A DNA stretch of 64,000 nucleotides from assembly GCA_002269645.1 (NCBI GenBank), contig NIVC01001157.1, positions 62,001 through 126,000 on the forward strand, in the 5' to 3' direction. Shown here in pieces: positions 1 to 14,537 of this stretch. This DNA comes from Macrostomum lignano. Taxonomy: Eukaryota. The position numbers and the translations under genes are program-made. How positions within the stretch are numbered: position 1 is the first letter of the stretch; each line of letters opens with the position of its first letter. The notes below the pieces were generated by a model, which worked only from the letters and a program-made list of their open reading frames with translations, did not search any database and was not told the DNA's origin.

Positions 1-3000
1 GACACTGACGCAGATACTGATAGTGACGCAGACACTGACGCAGATACTGATAGTGACGCAGACACTGACGCAGATACTGATAGTGACGCAGACACTGACG
101 CAGATACTGATAGTGACGCAGACACTGACGCAGATACTGATAGTGACGCAGACACTGACGCAGATACTGATAGTGACGCAGACACTGACGCAGATACTGA
201 TAGTGACGCAGACACTGACGCAGATACTGATAGTGACGCAGACACTGACGCAGATACTGATAGTGACGCAGACACTGACGCAGATACTGATAGTGACGCA
301 GACACTGACGCAGATACTGATAGTGACGCAGACACTGACGCAGATACTGATAGTGACGCAGACACTGACGCAGATACTGATAGTGACGCAGACACTGACG
401 CAGATACTGATAGTGACGCAGACACTGACGCAGATACTGATAGTGACGCAGACACTGACGCAGATACTGATAGTGACGCAGACACTGACGCAGATACTGA
501 TAGTGACGCAGACACTGACGCAGATACTGATAGTGACGCAGACACTGACGCAGATACTGATAGTGACGCAGACACTGACGCAGATACTGATAGTGACGCA
601 GACACTGACGCAGATACTGATAGTGACGCAGACACTGACGCAGATACTGATAGTGACGCAGACACTGACGCAGATACTGATAGTGACGCAGACACTGACG
701 CAGATACTGATAGTGACGCAGACACTGACGCAGATACTGATAGTGACGCAGACACTGACGCAGATACTGATAGTGACGCAGACACTGACGCAGATACTGA
801 TAGTGACGCAGACACTGACGCAGATACTGATAGTGACGCAGACACTGACGCAGATACTGATAGTGACGCAGACACTGACGCAGATACTGATAGTGACGCA
901 GACACTGACGCAGATACTGATAGTGACGCAGACACTGACGCAGATACTGATAGTGACGCAGACACTGACGCAGATACTGATAGTGACGCAGACACTGACG
1001 CAGATACTGATAGTGACGCAGACACTGACGCAGATACTGATAGTGACGCAGACACTGACGCAGATACTGATAGTGACGCAGACACTGACGCAGATACTGA
1101 TAGTGACGCAGACACTGACGCAGATACTGATAGTGACGCAGACACTGACGCAGATACTGATAGTGACGCAGACACTGACGCAGATACTGATAGTGACGCA
1201 GACACTGACGCAGATACTGATAGTGACGCAGACACTGACGCAGATACTGATAGTGACGCAGACACTGACGCAGATACTGATAGTGACGCAGACACTGACG
1301 CAGATACTGATAGTGACGCAGACACTGACGCAGATACTGATAGTGACGCAGACACTGACGCAGATACTGATAGTGACGCAGACACTGACGCAGATACTGA
1401 TAGTGACGCAGACACTGACGCAGATACTGATAGTGACGCAGACACTGACGCAGATACTGATAGTGACGCAGACACTGACGCAGATACTGATAGTGACGCA
1501 GACACTGACGCAGATACTGATAGTGACGCAGACACTGACGCAGATACTGATAGTGACGCAGACACTGACGCAGATACTGATAGTGACGCAGACACTGACG
1601 CAGATACTGATAGTGACGCAGACACTGACGCAGATACTGATAGTGACGCAGACACTGACGCAGATACTGATAGTGACGCAGACACTGACGCAGATACTGA
1701 TAGTGACGCAGACACTGACGCAGATACTGATAGTGACGCAGACACTGACGCAGATACTGATAGTGACGCAGACTGACAGACACTGACGCAGATACTGATA
1801 GTGACGCAGACACTGACGCAGATACTGATAGTGACGCAGACACTGACGCAGATACTGATAGTGACGCAGACACTGACGCAGATACTGATAGTGACGCAGA
1901 CACTGACGCAGATACTGATAGTGACGCAGACACTGACGCAGATACTGATAGTGACGCAGACACTGACGCAGATACTGATAGTGACGCAGACACTGACGCA
2001 GATACTGATAGTGACGCAGACACTGACGCAGATACTGATAGTGACGCAGACACTGACGCAGATACTGATAGTGACGCAGACACTGACGCAGATACTGATA
2101 GTGACGCAGACACTGACGCAGATACTGATAGTGACGCAGACACTGACGCAGATACTGATAGTGACGCAGACACTGACGCAGATACTGATAGTGACGCAGA
2201 CACTGACGCAGATACTGATAGTGACGCAGACACTGACGCAGATACTGATAGTGACGCAGACACTGACGCAGATACTGATAGTGACGCAGACACTGACGCA
2301 GATACTGATAGTGACGCAGACACTGACGCAGATACTGATAGTGACGCAGACACTGACGCAGATACTGATAGTGACGCAGACACTGACGCAGATACTGATA
2401 GTGACGCAGACACTGACGCAGATACTGATAGTGACGCAGACACTGACGCAGATACTGATAGTGACGCAGACACTGACGCAGATACTGATAGTGACGCAGA
2501 CACTGACGCAGATACTGATAGTGACGCAGACACTGACGCAGATACTGATAGTGACGCAGACACTGACGCAGATACTGATAGTGACGCAGACACTGACGCA
2601 GATACTGATAGTGACGCAGACACTGACGCAGATACTGATAGTGACGCAGACACTGACGCAGATACTGATAGTGACGCAGACACTGACGCAGATACTGATA
2701 GTGACGCAGACACTGACGCAGATACTGATAGTGACGCAGACACTGACGCAGATACTGATAGTGACGCAGACACTGACGCAGATACTGATAGTGACGCAGA
2801 CACTGACGCAGATACTGATAGTGACGCAGACACTGACGCAGATACTGATAGTGACGCAGACACTGACGCAGATACTGATAGTGACGCAGACACTGACGCA
2901 GATACTGATAGTGACGCAGACACTGACGCAGATACTGATAGTGACGCAGACACTGACGCAGATACTGATAGTGACGCAGACACTGACGCAGATACTGATA

Positions 3001-6000
3001 GTGACGCAGACACTGACGCAGATACTGATAGTGACGCAGACACTGACGCAGATACTGATAGTGACGCAGACACTGACGCAGATACTGATAGTGACGCAGA
3101 CACTGACGCAGATACTGATAGTGACGCAGACACTGACGCAGATACTGATAGTGACGCAGACACTGACGCAGATACTGATAGTGACGCAGACACTGACGCA
3201 GATACTGATAGTGACGCAGACACTGACGCAGATACTGATAGTGACGCAGACACTGACGCAGATACTGATAGTGACGCAGACACTGACGCAGATACTGATA
3301 GTGACGCAGACACTGACGCAGATACTGATAGTGACGCAGACACTGACGCAGATACTGATAGTGACGCAGACACTGACGCAGATACTGATAGTGACGCAGA
3401 CACTGACGCAGATACTGATAGTGACGCAGACACTGACGCAGATACTGATAGTGACGCAGACACTGACGCAGATACTGATAGTGACGCAGACACTGACGCA
3501 GATACTGATAGTGACGCAGACACTGACGCAGATACTGATAGTGACGCAGACACTGACGCAGATACTGATAGTGACGCAGACACTGACGCAGATACTGATA
3601 GTGACGCAGACACTGACGCAGATACTGATAGTGACGCAGACTGACAGACACTGACGCAGATACTGATAGTGACGCAGACACTGACGCAGATACTGATAGT
3701 GACGCAGACACTGACGCAGATACTGATAGTGACGCAGACACTGACGCAGATACTGATAGTGACGCAGACACTGACGCAGATACTGATAGTGACGCAGACA
3801 CTGACGCAGATACTGATAGTGACGCAGACACTGACGCAGATACTGATAGTGACGCAGACACTGACGCAGATACTGATAGTGACGCAGACACTGACGCAGA
3901 TACTGATAGTGACGCAGACACTGACGCAGATACTGATAGTGACGCAGACACTGACGCAGATACTGATAGTGACGCAGACACTGACGCAGATACTGATAGT
4001 GACGCAGACACTGACGCAGATACTGATAGTGACGCAGACACTGACGCAGATACTGATAGTGACGCAGACACTGACGCAGATACTGATAGTGACGCAGACA
4101 CTGACGCAGATACTGATAGTGACGCAGACACTGACCAGATACTGATAGTGACGCAGACACTGACGCAGATACTGATAGTGACGCAGACACTGACGCAGAT
4201 ACTGATAGTGACGCAGACACTGACGCAGATACTGATAGTGACGCAGACACTGACGCAGATACTGATAGTGACGCAGACACTGACGCAGATACTGATAGTG
4301 ACGCAGACACTGACGCAGATACTGATAGTGACGCAGACACTGACGCAGATACTGATAGTGACGCAGACACTGACGCAGATACTGATAGTGACGCAGACAC
4401 TGACGCAGATACTGATAGTGACGCAGACACTGACGCAGATACTGATAGTGACGCAGACACTGACGCAGATACTGATAGTGACGCAGACACTGACGCAGAT
4501 ACTGATAGTGACGCAGACACTGACGCAGATACTGATAGTGACGCAGACACTGACGCAGATACTGATAGTGACGCAGACACTGACGCAGATACTGATAGTG
4601 ACGCAGACACTGACGCAGATACTGATAGTGACGCAGACACTGACGCAGATACTGATAGTGACGCAGACACTGACGCAGATACTGATAGTGACGCAGACAC
4701 TGACGCAGATACTGATAGTGACGCAGACACTGACGCAGATACTGATAGTGACGCAGACACTGACGCAGATACTGATAGTGACGCAGACACTGACGCAGAT
4801 ACTGATAGTGACGCAGACACTGACGCAGATACTGATAGTGACGCAGACACTGACGCAGATACTGATAGTGACGCAGACACTGACGCAGATACTGATAGTG
4901 ACGCAGACACTGACGCAGATACTGATAGTGACGCAGACACTGACGCAGATACTGATAGTGACGCAGACACTGACGCAGATACTGATAGTGACGCAGACAC
5001 TGACGCAGATACTGATAGTGACGCAGACACTGACGCAGATACTGATAGTGACGCAGACACTGACGCAGATACTGATAGTGACGCAGACACTGACGCAGAT
5101 ACTGATAGTGACGCAGACACTGACGCAGATACTGATAGTGACGCAGACACTGACGCAGATACTGATAGTGACGCAGACACTGACGCAGATACTGATAGTG
5201 ACGCAGACACTGACGCAGATACTGATAGTGACGCAGACACTGACGCAGATACTGATAGTGACGCAGACACTGACGCAGATACTGATAGTGACGCAGACAC
5301 TGACGCAGATACTGATAGTGACGCAGACACTGACGCAGATACTGATAGTGACGCAGACACTGACGCAGATACTGATAGTGACGCAGACACTGACGCAGAT
5401 ACTGATAGTGACGCAGACACTGACGCAGATACTGATAGTGACGCAGACACTGACGCAGATACTGATAGTGACGCAGACACTGACGCAGATACTGATAGTG
5501 ACGCAGACACTGACGCAGATACTGATAGTGACGCAGACACTGACGCAGATACTGATAGTGACGCAGACACTGACGCAGATACTGATAGTGACGCAGACAC
5601 TGACGCAGATACTGATAGTGACGCAGACACTGACGCAGATACTGATAGTGACGCAGACACTGACGCAGATACTGATAGTGACGCAGACACTGACGCAGAT
5701 ACTGATAGTGACGCAGACACTGACGCAGATACTGATAGTGACGCAGACACTGACGCAGATACTGATAGTGACGCAGACACTGACGCAGATACTGATAGTG
5801 ACGCAGACACTGACGCAGATACTGATAGTGACGCAGACACTGACGCAGATACTGATAGTGACGCAGACACTGACGCAGATACTGATAGTGACGCAGACAC
5901 TGACGCAGATACTGATAGTGACGCAGACACTGACGCAGATACTGATAGTGACGCAGACACTGACGCAGATACTGATAGTGACGCAGACACTGACGCAGAT

Positions 6001-9000
6001 ACTGATAGTGACGCAGACACTGACGCAGATACTGATAGTGACGCAGACACTGACGCAGATACTGATAGTGACGCAGACACTGACGCAGATACTGATAGTG
6101 ACGCAGACACTGACGCAGATACTGATAGTGACGCAGACACTGACGCAGATACTGATAGTGACGCAGACACTGACGCAGATACTGATAGTGACGCAGACAC
6201 TGACGCAGATACTGATAGTGACGCAGACACTGACGCAGATACTGATAGTGACGCAGACACTGACGCAGATACTGATAGTGACGCAGACACTGACGCAGAT
6301 ACTGATAGTGACGCAGACACTGACGCAGATACTGATAGTGACGCAGACACTGACGCAGATACTGATAGTGACGCAGACACTGACGCAGATACTGATAGTG
6401 ACGCAGACACTGACGCAGATACTGATAGTGACGCAGACACTGACGCAGATACTGATAGTGACGCAGACACTGACGCAGATACTGATAGTGACGCAGACAC
6501 TGACGCAGATACTGATAGTGACGCAGACACTGACGCAGATACTGATAGTGACGCAGACACTGACGCAGATACTGATAGTGACGCAGACACTGACGCAGAT
6601 ACTGATAGTGACGCAGACACTGACGCAGATACTGATAGTGACGCAGACACTGACGCAGATACTGATAGTGACGCAGACACTGACGCAGATACTGATAGTG
6701 ACGCAGACACTGACGCAGATACTGATAGTGACGCAGACACTGACGCAGATACTGATAGTGACGCAGACACTGACGCAGATACTGATAGTGACGCAGACAC
6801 TGACGCAGATACTGATAGTGACGCAGACACTGACGCAGATACTGATAGTGACGCAGACACTGACGCAGATACTGATAGTGACGCAGACACTGACGCAGAT
6901 ACTGATAGTGACGCAGACACTGACGCAGATACTGATAGTGACGCAGACACTGACGCAGATACTGATAGTGACGCAGACACTGACGCAGATACTGATAGTG
7001 ACGCAGACACTGACGCAGATACTGATAGTGACGCAGACACTGACGCAGATACTGATAGTGACGCAGACACTGACGCAGATACTGATAGTGACGCAGACAC
7101 TGACGCAGATACTGATAGTGACGCAGACACTGACGCAGATACTGATAGTGACGCAGACACTGACGCAGATACTGATAGTGACGCAGACACTGACGCAGAT
7201 ACTGATAGTGACGCAGACACTGACGCAGATACTGATAGTGACGCAGACACTGACGCAGATACTGATAGTGACGCAGACACTGACGCAGATACTGATAGTG
7301 ACGCAGACACTGACGCAGATACTGATAGTGACGCAGACACTGACGCAGATACTGATAGTGACGCAGACACTGACGCAGATACTGATAGTGACGCAGACAC
7401 TGACGCAGATACTGATAGTGACGCAGACACTGACGCAGATACTGATAGTGACGCAGACACTGACGCAGATACTGATAGTGACGCAGACACTGACGCAGAT
7501 ACTGATAGTGACGCAGACACTGACGCAGATACTGATAGTGACGCAGACACTGACGCAGATACTGATAGTGACGCAGACACTGACGCAGATACTGATAGTG
7601 ACGCAGACACTGACGCAGATACTGATAGTGACGCAGACACTGACGCAGATACTGATAGTGACGCAGACACTGACGCAGATACTGATAGTGACGCAGACAC
7701 TGACGCAGATACTGATAGTGACGCAGACACTGACGCAGATACTGATAGTGACGCAGACACTGACGCAGATACTGATAGTGACGCAGACACTGACGCAGAT
7801 ACTGATAGTGACGCAGACACTGACGCAGATACTGATAGTGACGCAGACACTGACGCAGATACTGATAGTGACGCAGACACTGACGCAGATACTGATAGTG
7901 ACGCAGACACTGACGCAGATACTGATAGTGACGCAGACACTGACGCAGATACTGATAGTGACGCAGACACTGACGCAGATACTGATAGTGACGCAGACAC
8001 TGACGCAGATACTGATAGTGACGCAGACACTGACGCAGATACTGATAGTGACGCAGACACTGACGCAGATACTGATAGTGACGCAGACACTGACGCAGAT
8101 ACTGATAGTGACGCAGACACTGACGCAGATACTGATAGTGACGCAGACACTGACGCAGATACTGATAGTGACGCAGACACTGACGCAGATACTGATAGTG
8201 ACGCAGACACTGACGCAGATACTGATAGTGACGCAGACACTGACGCAGATACTGATAGTGACGCAGACACTGACGCAGATACTGATAGTGACGCAGACAC
8301 TGACGCAGATACTGATAGTGACGCAGACACTGACGCAGATACTGATAGTGACGCAGACACTGACGCAGATACTGATAGTGACGCAGACACTGACGCAGAT
8401 ACTGATAGTGACGCAGACACTGACGCAGATACTGATAGTGACGCAGACACTGACGCAGATACTGATAGTGACGCAGACACTGACGCAGATACTGATAGTG
8501 ACGCAGACACTGACGCAGATACTGATAGTGACGCAGACACTGACGCAGATACTGATAGTGACGCAGACACTGACGCAGATACTGATAGTGACGCAGACAC
8601 TGACGCAGATACTGATAGTGACGCAGACACTGACGCAGATACTGATAGTGACGCAGACACTGACGCAGATACTGATAGTGACGCAGACACTGACGCAGAT
8701 ACTGATAGTGACGCAGACACTGACGCAGATACTGATAGTGACGCAGACACTGACGCAGATACTGATAGTGACGCAGACACTGACGCAGATACTGATAGTG
8801 ACGCAGACACTGACGCAGATACTGATAGTGACGCAGACACTGACGCAGATACTGATAGTGACGCAGACACTGACGCAGATACTGATAGTGACGCAGACAC
8901 TGACGCAGATACTGATAGTGACGCAGACACTGACGCAGATACTGATAGTGACGCAGACACTGACGCAGATACTGATAGTGACGCAGACACTGACGCAGAT

Positions 9001-12000
9001 ACTGATAGTGACGCAGACACTGACGCAGATACTGATAGTGACGCAGACACTGACGCAGATACTGATAGTGACGCAGACACTGACGCAGATACTGATAGTG
9101 ACGCAGACACTGACGCAGATACTGATAGTGACGCAGACACTGACGCAGATACTGATAGTGACGCAGACACTGACGCAGATACTGATAGTGACGCAGACAC
9201 TGACGCAGATACTGATAGTGACGCAGACACTGACGCAGATACTGATAGTGACGCAGACACTGACGCAGATACTGATAGTGACGCAGACACTGACGCAGAT
9301 ACTGATAGTGACGCAGACACTGACGCAGATACTGATAGTGACGCAGACACTGACGCAGATACTGATAGTGACGCAGACACTGACGCAGATACTGATAGTG
9401 ACGCAGACACTGACGCAGATACTGATAGTGACGCAGACACTGACGCAGATACTGATAGTGACGCAGACACTGACGCAGATACTGATAGTGACGCAGACAC
9501 TGACGCAGATACTGATAGTGACGCAGACACTGACGCAGATACTGATAGTGACGCAGACACTGACGCAGATACTGATAGTGACGCAGACACTGACGCAGAT
9601 ACTGATAGTGACGCAGACACTGACGCAGATACTGATAGTGACGCAGACACTGACGCAGATACTGATAGTGACGCAGACACTGACGCAGATACTGATAGTG
9701 ACGCAGACACTGACGCAGATACTGATAGTGACGCAGACACTGACGCAGATACTGATAGTGACGCAGACACTGACGCAGATACTGATAGTGACGCAGACAC
9801 TGACGCAGATACTGATAGTGACGCAGACACTGACGCAGATACTGATAGTGACGCAGACACTGACGCAGATACTGATAGTGACGCAGACACTGACGCAGAT
9901 ACTGATAGTGACGCAGACACTGACGCAGATACTGATAGTGACGCAGACACTGACGCAGATACTGATAGTGACGCAGACACTGACGCAGATACTGATAGTG
10001 ACGCAGACACTGACGCAGATACTGATAGTGACGCAGACACTGACGCAGATACTGATAGTGACGCAGACACTGACGCAGATACTGATAGTGACGCAGACAC
10101 TGACGCAGATACTGATAGTGACGCAGACACTGACGCAGATACTGATAGTGACGCAGACACTGACGCAGATACTGATAGTGACGCAGACACTGACGCAGAT
10201 ACTGATAGTGACGCAGACACTGACGCAGATACTGATAGTGACGCAGACACTGACGCAGATACTGATAGTGACGCAGACACTGACGCAGATACTGATAGTG
10301 ACGCAGACACTGACGCAGATACTGATAGTGACGCAGACACTGACGCAGATACTGATAGTGACGCAGACACTGACGCAGATACTGATAGTGACGCAGACAC
10401 TGACGCAGATACTGATAGTGACGCAGACACTGACGCAGATACTGATAGTGACGCAGACACTGACGCAGATACTGATAGTGACGCAGACACTGACGCAGAT
10501 ACTGATAGTGACGCAGACACTGACGCAGATACTGATAGTGACGCAGACACTGACGCAGATACTGATAGTGACGCAGACACTGACGCAGATACTGATAGTG
10601 ACGCAGACACTGACGCAGATACTGATAGTGACGCAGACACTGACGCAGATACTGATAGTGACGCAGACACTGACGCAGATACTGATAGTGACGCAGACAC
10701 TGACGCAGATACTGATAGTGACGCAGACACTGACGCAGATACTGATAGTGACGCAGACACTGACGCAGATACTGATAGTGACGCAGACACTGACGCAGAT
10801 ACTGATAGTGACGCAGACACTGACGCAGATACTGATAGTGACGCAGACACTGACGCAGATACTGATAGTGACGCAGACACTGACGCAGATACTGATAGTG
10901 ACGCAGACACTGACGCAGATACTGATAGTGACGCAGACACTGACGCAGATACTGATAGTGACGCAGACACTGACGCAGATACTGATAGTGACGCAGACAC
11001 TGACGCAGATACTGATAGTGACGCAGACACTGACGCAGATACTGATAGTGACGCAGACACTGACGCAGATACTGATAGTGACGCAGACACTGACGCAGAT
11101 ACTGATAGTGACGCAGACACTGACGCAGATACTGATAGTGACGCAGACACTGACGCAGATACTGATAGTGACGCAGACACTGACGCAGATACTGATAGTG
11201 ACGCAGACACTGACGCAGATACTGATAGTGACGCAGACACTGACGCAGATACTGATAGTGACGCAGACACTGACGCAGATACTGATAGTGACGCAGACAC
11301 TGACGCAGATACTGATAGTGACGCAGACACTGACGCAGATACTGATAGTGACGCAGACACTGACGCAGATACTGATAGTGACGCAGACACTGACGCAGAT
11401 ACTGATAGTGACGCAGACACTGACGCAGATACTGATAGTGACGCAGACACTGACGCAGATACTGATAGTGACGCAGACACTGACGCAGATACTGATAGTG
11501 ACGCAGACACTGACGCAGATACTGATAGTGACGCAGACACTGACGCAGATACTGATAGTGACGCAGACACTGACGCAGATACTGATAGTGACGCAGACAC
11601 TGACGCAGATACTGATAGTGACGCAGACACTGACGCAGATACTGATAGTGACGCAGACACTGACGCAGATACTGATAGTGACGCAGACACTGACGCAGAT
11701 ACTGATAGTGACGCAGACACTGACGCAGATACTGATAGTGACGCAGACACTGACGCAGATACTGATAGTGACGCAGACACTGACGCAGATACTGATAGTG
11801 ACGCAGACACTGACGCAGATACTGATAGTGACGCAGACACTGACGCAGATACTGATAGTGACGCAGACACTGACGCAGATACTGATAGTGACGCAGACAC
11901 TGACGCAGATACTGATAGTGACGCAGACACTGACGCAGATACTGATAGTGACGCAGACACTGACGCAGATACTGATAGTGACGCAGACACTGACGCAGAT

Positions 12001-14334
12001 ACTGATAGTGACGCAGACACTGACGCAGATACTGATAGTGACGCAGACACTGACGCAGATACTGATAGTGACGCAGACACTGACGCAGATACTGATAGTG
12101 ACGCAGACACTGACGCAGATACTGATAGTGACGCAGACACTGACGCAGATACTGATAGTGACGCAGACACTGACGCAGATACTGATAGTGACGCAGACAC
12201 TGACGCAGATACTGATAGTGACGCAGACACTGACGCAGATACTGATAGTGACGCAGACACTGACGCAGATACTGATAGTGACGCAGACACTGACGCAGAT
12301 ACTGATAGTGACGCAGACACTGACGCAGATACTGATAGTGACGCAGACACTGACGCAGATACTGATAGTGACGCAGACACTGACGCAGATACTGATAGTG
12401 ACGCAGACACTGACGCAGATACTGATAGTGACGCAGACACTGACGCAGATACTGATAGTGACGCAGACACTGACGCAGATACTGATAGTGACGCAGACAC
12501 TGACGCAGATACTGATAGTGACGCAGACACTGACGCAGATACTGATAGTGACGCAGACACTGACGCAGATACTGATAGTGACGCAGACACTGACGCAGAT
12601 ACTGATAGTGACGCAGACACTGACGCAGATACTGATAGTGACGCAGACACTGACGCAGATACTGATAGTGACGCAGACACTGACGCAGATACTGATAGTG
12701 ACGCAGACACTGACGCAGATACTGATAGTGACGCAGACACTGACGCAGATACTGATAGTGACGCAGACACTGACGCAGATACTGATAGTGACGCAGACAC
12801 TGACGCAGATACTGATAGTGACGCAGACACTGACGCAGATACTGATAGTGACGCAGACACTGACGCAGATACTGATAGTGACGCAGACACTGACGCAGAT
12901 ACTGATAGTGACGCAGACACTGACGCAGATACTGATAGTGACGCAGACACTGACGCAGATACTGATAGTGACGCAGACACTGACGCAGATACTGATAGTG
13001 ACGCAGACACTGACGCAGATACTGATAGTGACGCAGACACTGACGCAGATACTGATAGTGACGCAGACACTGACGCAGATACTGATAGTGACGCAGACAC
13101 TGACGCAGATACTGATAGTGACGCAGACACTGACGCAGATACTGATAGTGACGCAGACACTGACGCAGATACTGATAGTGACGCAGACACTGACGCAGAT
13201 ACTGATAGTGACGCAGACACTGACGCAGATACTGATAGTGACGCAGACACTGACGCAGATACTGATAGTGACGCAGACACTGACGCAGATACTGATAGTG
13301 ACGCAGACACTGACGCAGATACTGATAGTGACGCAGACACTGACGCAGATACTGATAGTGACGCAGACACTGACGCAGATACTGATAGTGACGCAGACAC
13401 TGACGCAGATACTGATAGTGACGCAGACACTGACGCAGATACTGATAGTGACGCAGACACTGACGCAGATACTGATAGTGACGCAGACACTGACGCAGAT
13501 ACTGATAGTGACGCAGACACTGACGCAGATACTGATAGTGACGCAGACACTGACGCAGATACTGATAGTGACGCAGACACTGACGCAGATACTGATAGTG
13601 ACGCAGACACTGACGCAGATACTGATAGTGACGCAGACACTGACGCAGATACTGATAGTGACGCAGACACTGACGCAGATACTGATAGTGACGCAGACAC
13701 TGACGCAGATACTGATAGTGACGCAGACACTGACGCAGATACTGATAGTGACGCAGACACTGACGCAGATACTGATAGTGACGCAGACACTGACGCAGAT
13801 ACTGATAGTGACGCAGACACTGACGCAGATACTGATAGTGACGCAGACACTGACGCAGATACTGATAGTGACGCAGACACTGACGCAGATACTGATAGTG
13901 ACGCAGACACTGACGCAGATACTGATAGTGACGCAGACACTGACGCAGATACTGATAGTGACGCAGACACTGACGCAGATACTGATAGTGACGCAGACAC
14001 TGACGCAGATACTGATAGTGACGCAGACACTGACGCAGATACTGATAGTGACGCAGACACTGACGCAGATACTGATAGTGACGCAGACACTGACGCAGAT
14101 ACTGATAGTGACGCAGACACTGACGCAGATACTGATAGTGACGCAGACACTGACGCAGATACTGATAGTGACGCAGACACTGACGCAGATACTGATAGTG
14201 ACGCAGACACTGACGCAGATACTGATAGTGACGCAGACACTGACGCAGATACTGATAGTGACGCAGACACTGACGCAGATACTGATAGTGACGCAGACAC
14301 TGACGCAGATACTGATAGTGACGCAGACACTGAC
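1..14334. repeat. 30-bp tandem satellite (GACACTGACGCAGATACTGATAGTGACGCA)n, ~477 copies visible, runs off the left edge
   Basis: Read directly. Only three interruptions seen: an 8-bp insertion GACTGACA at 1771 and again at 3639, and a 1-bp deletion near 4135. The unit is five related 6-mers. The [10 protein letters not shown] ORFs in the track are one reading frame of this repeat. Confidence 0.98.
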
Positions 14335-14537
14335 AACACATCTACAGACACTGACTGGCACAAATACAGATACAGCTACAGATACAGATAGTATTAGCCG
14401 CACTCTGGTCATACCTCTAACAGACCATTGAAACAATAGAGTCAAACAAAACAGCAAAGCAAGTCTCAAAGCAGGCGCATTTACAGTTCTTAGGAAGGCA
14501 TTTTTACGTTTTGTTTCCTAATCGCATGAAATTCCAG

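Noticed and set aside
1-14334. Bacterial SD/DxD-repeat surface adhesin or a CRISPR array
   Set aside because: The context is eukaryotic (spliceosomal genes), there is no LPXTG or signal region, and the units are identical with no unique spacers.
23-14431. Giant [10 protein letters not shown] ORFs (587, 617, 158 and 3427 aa)
   Set aside because: They are a stop-free frame of the 30-bp satellite, opened at GTG codons inside the repeat. There is no synonymous variation or unique domain.
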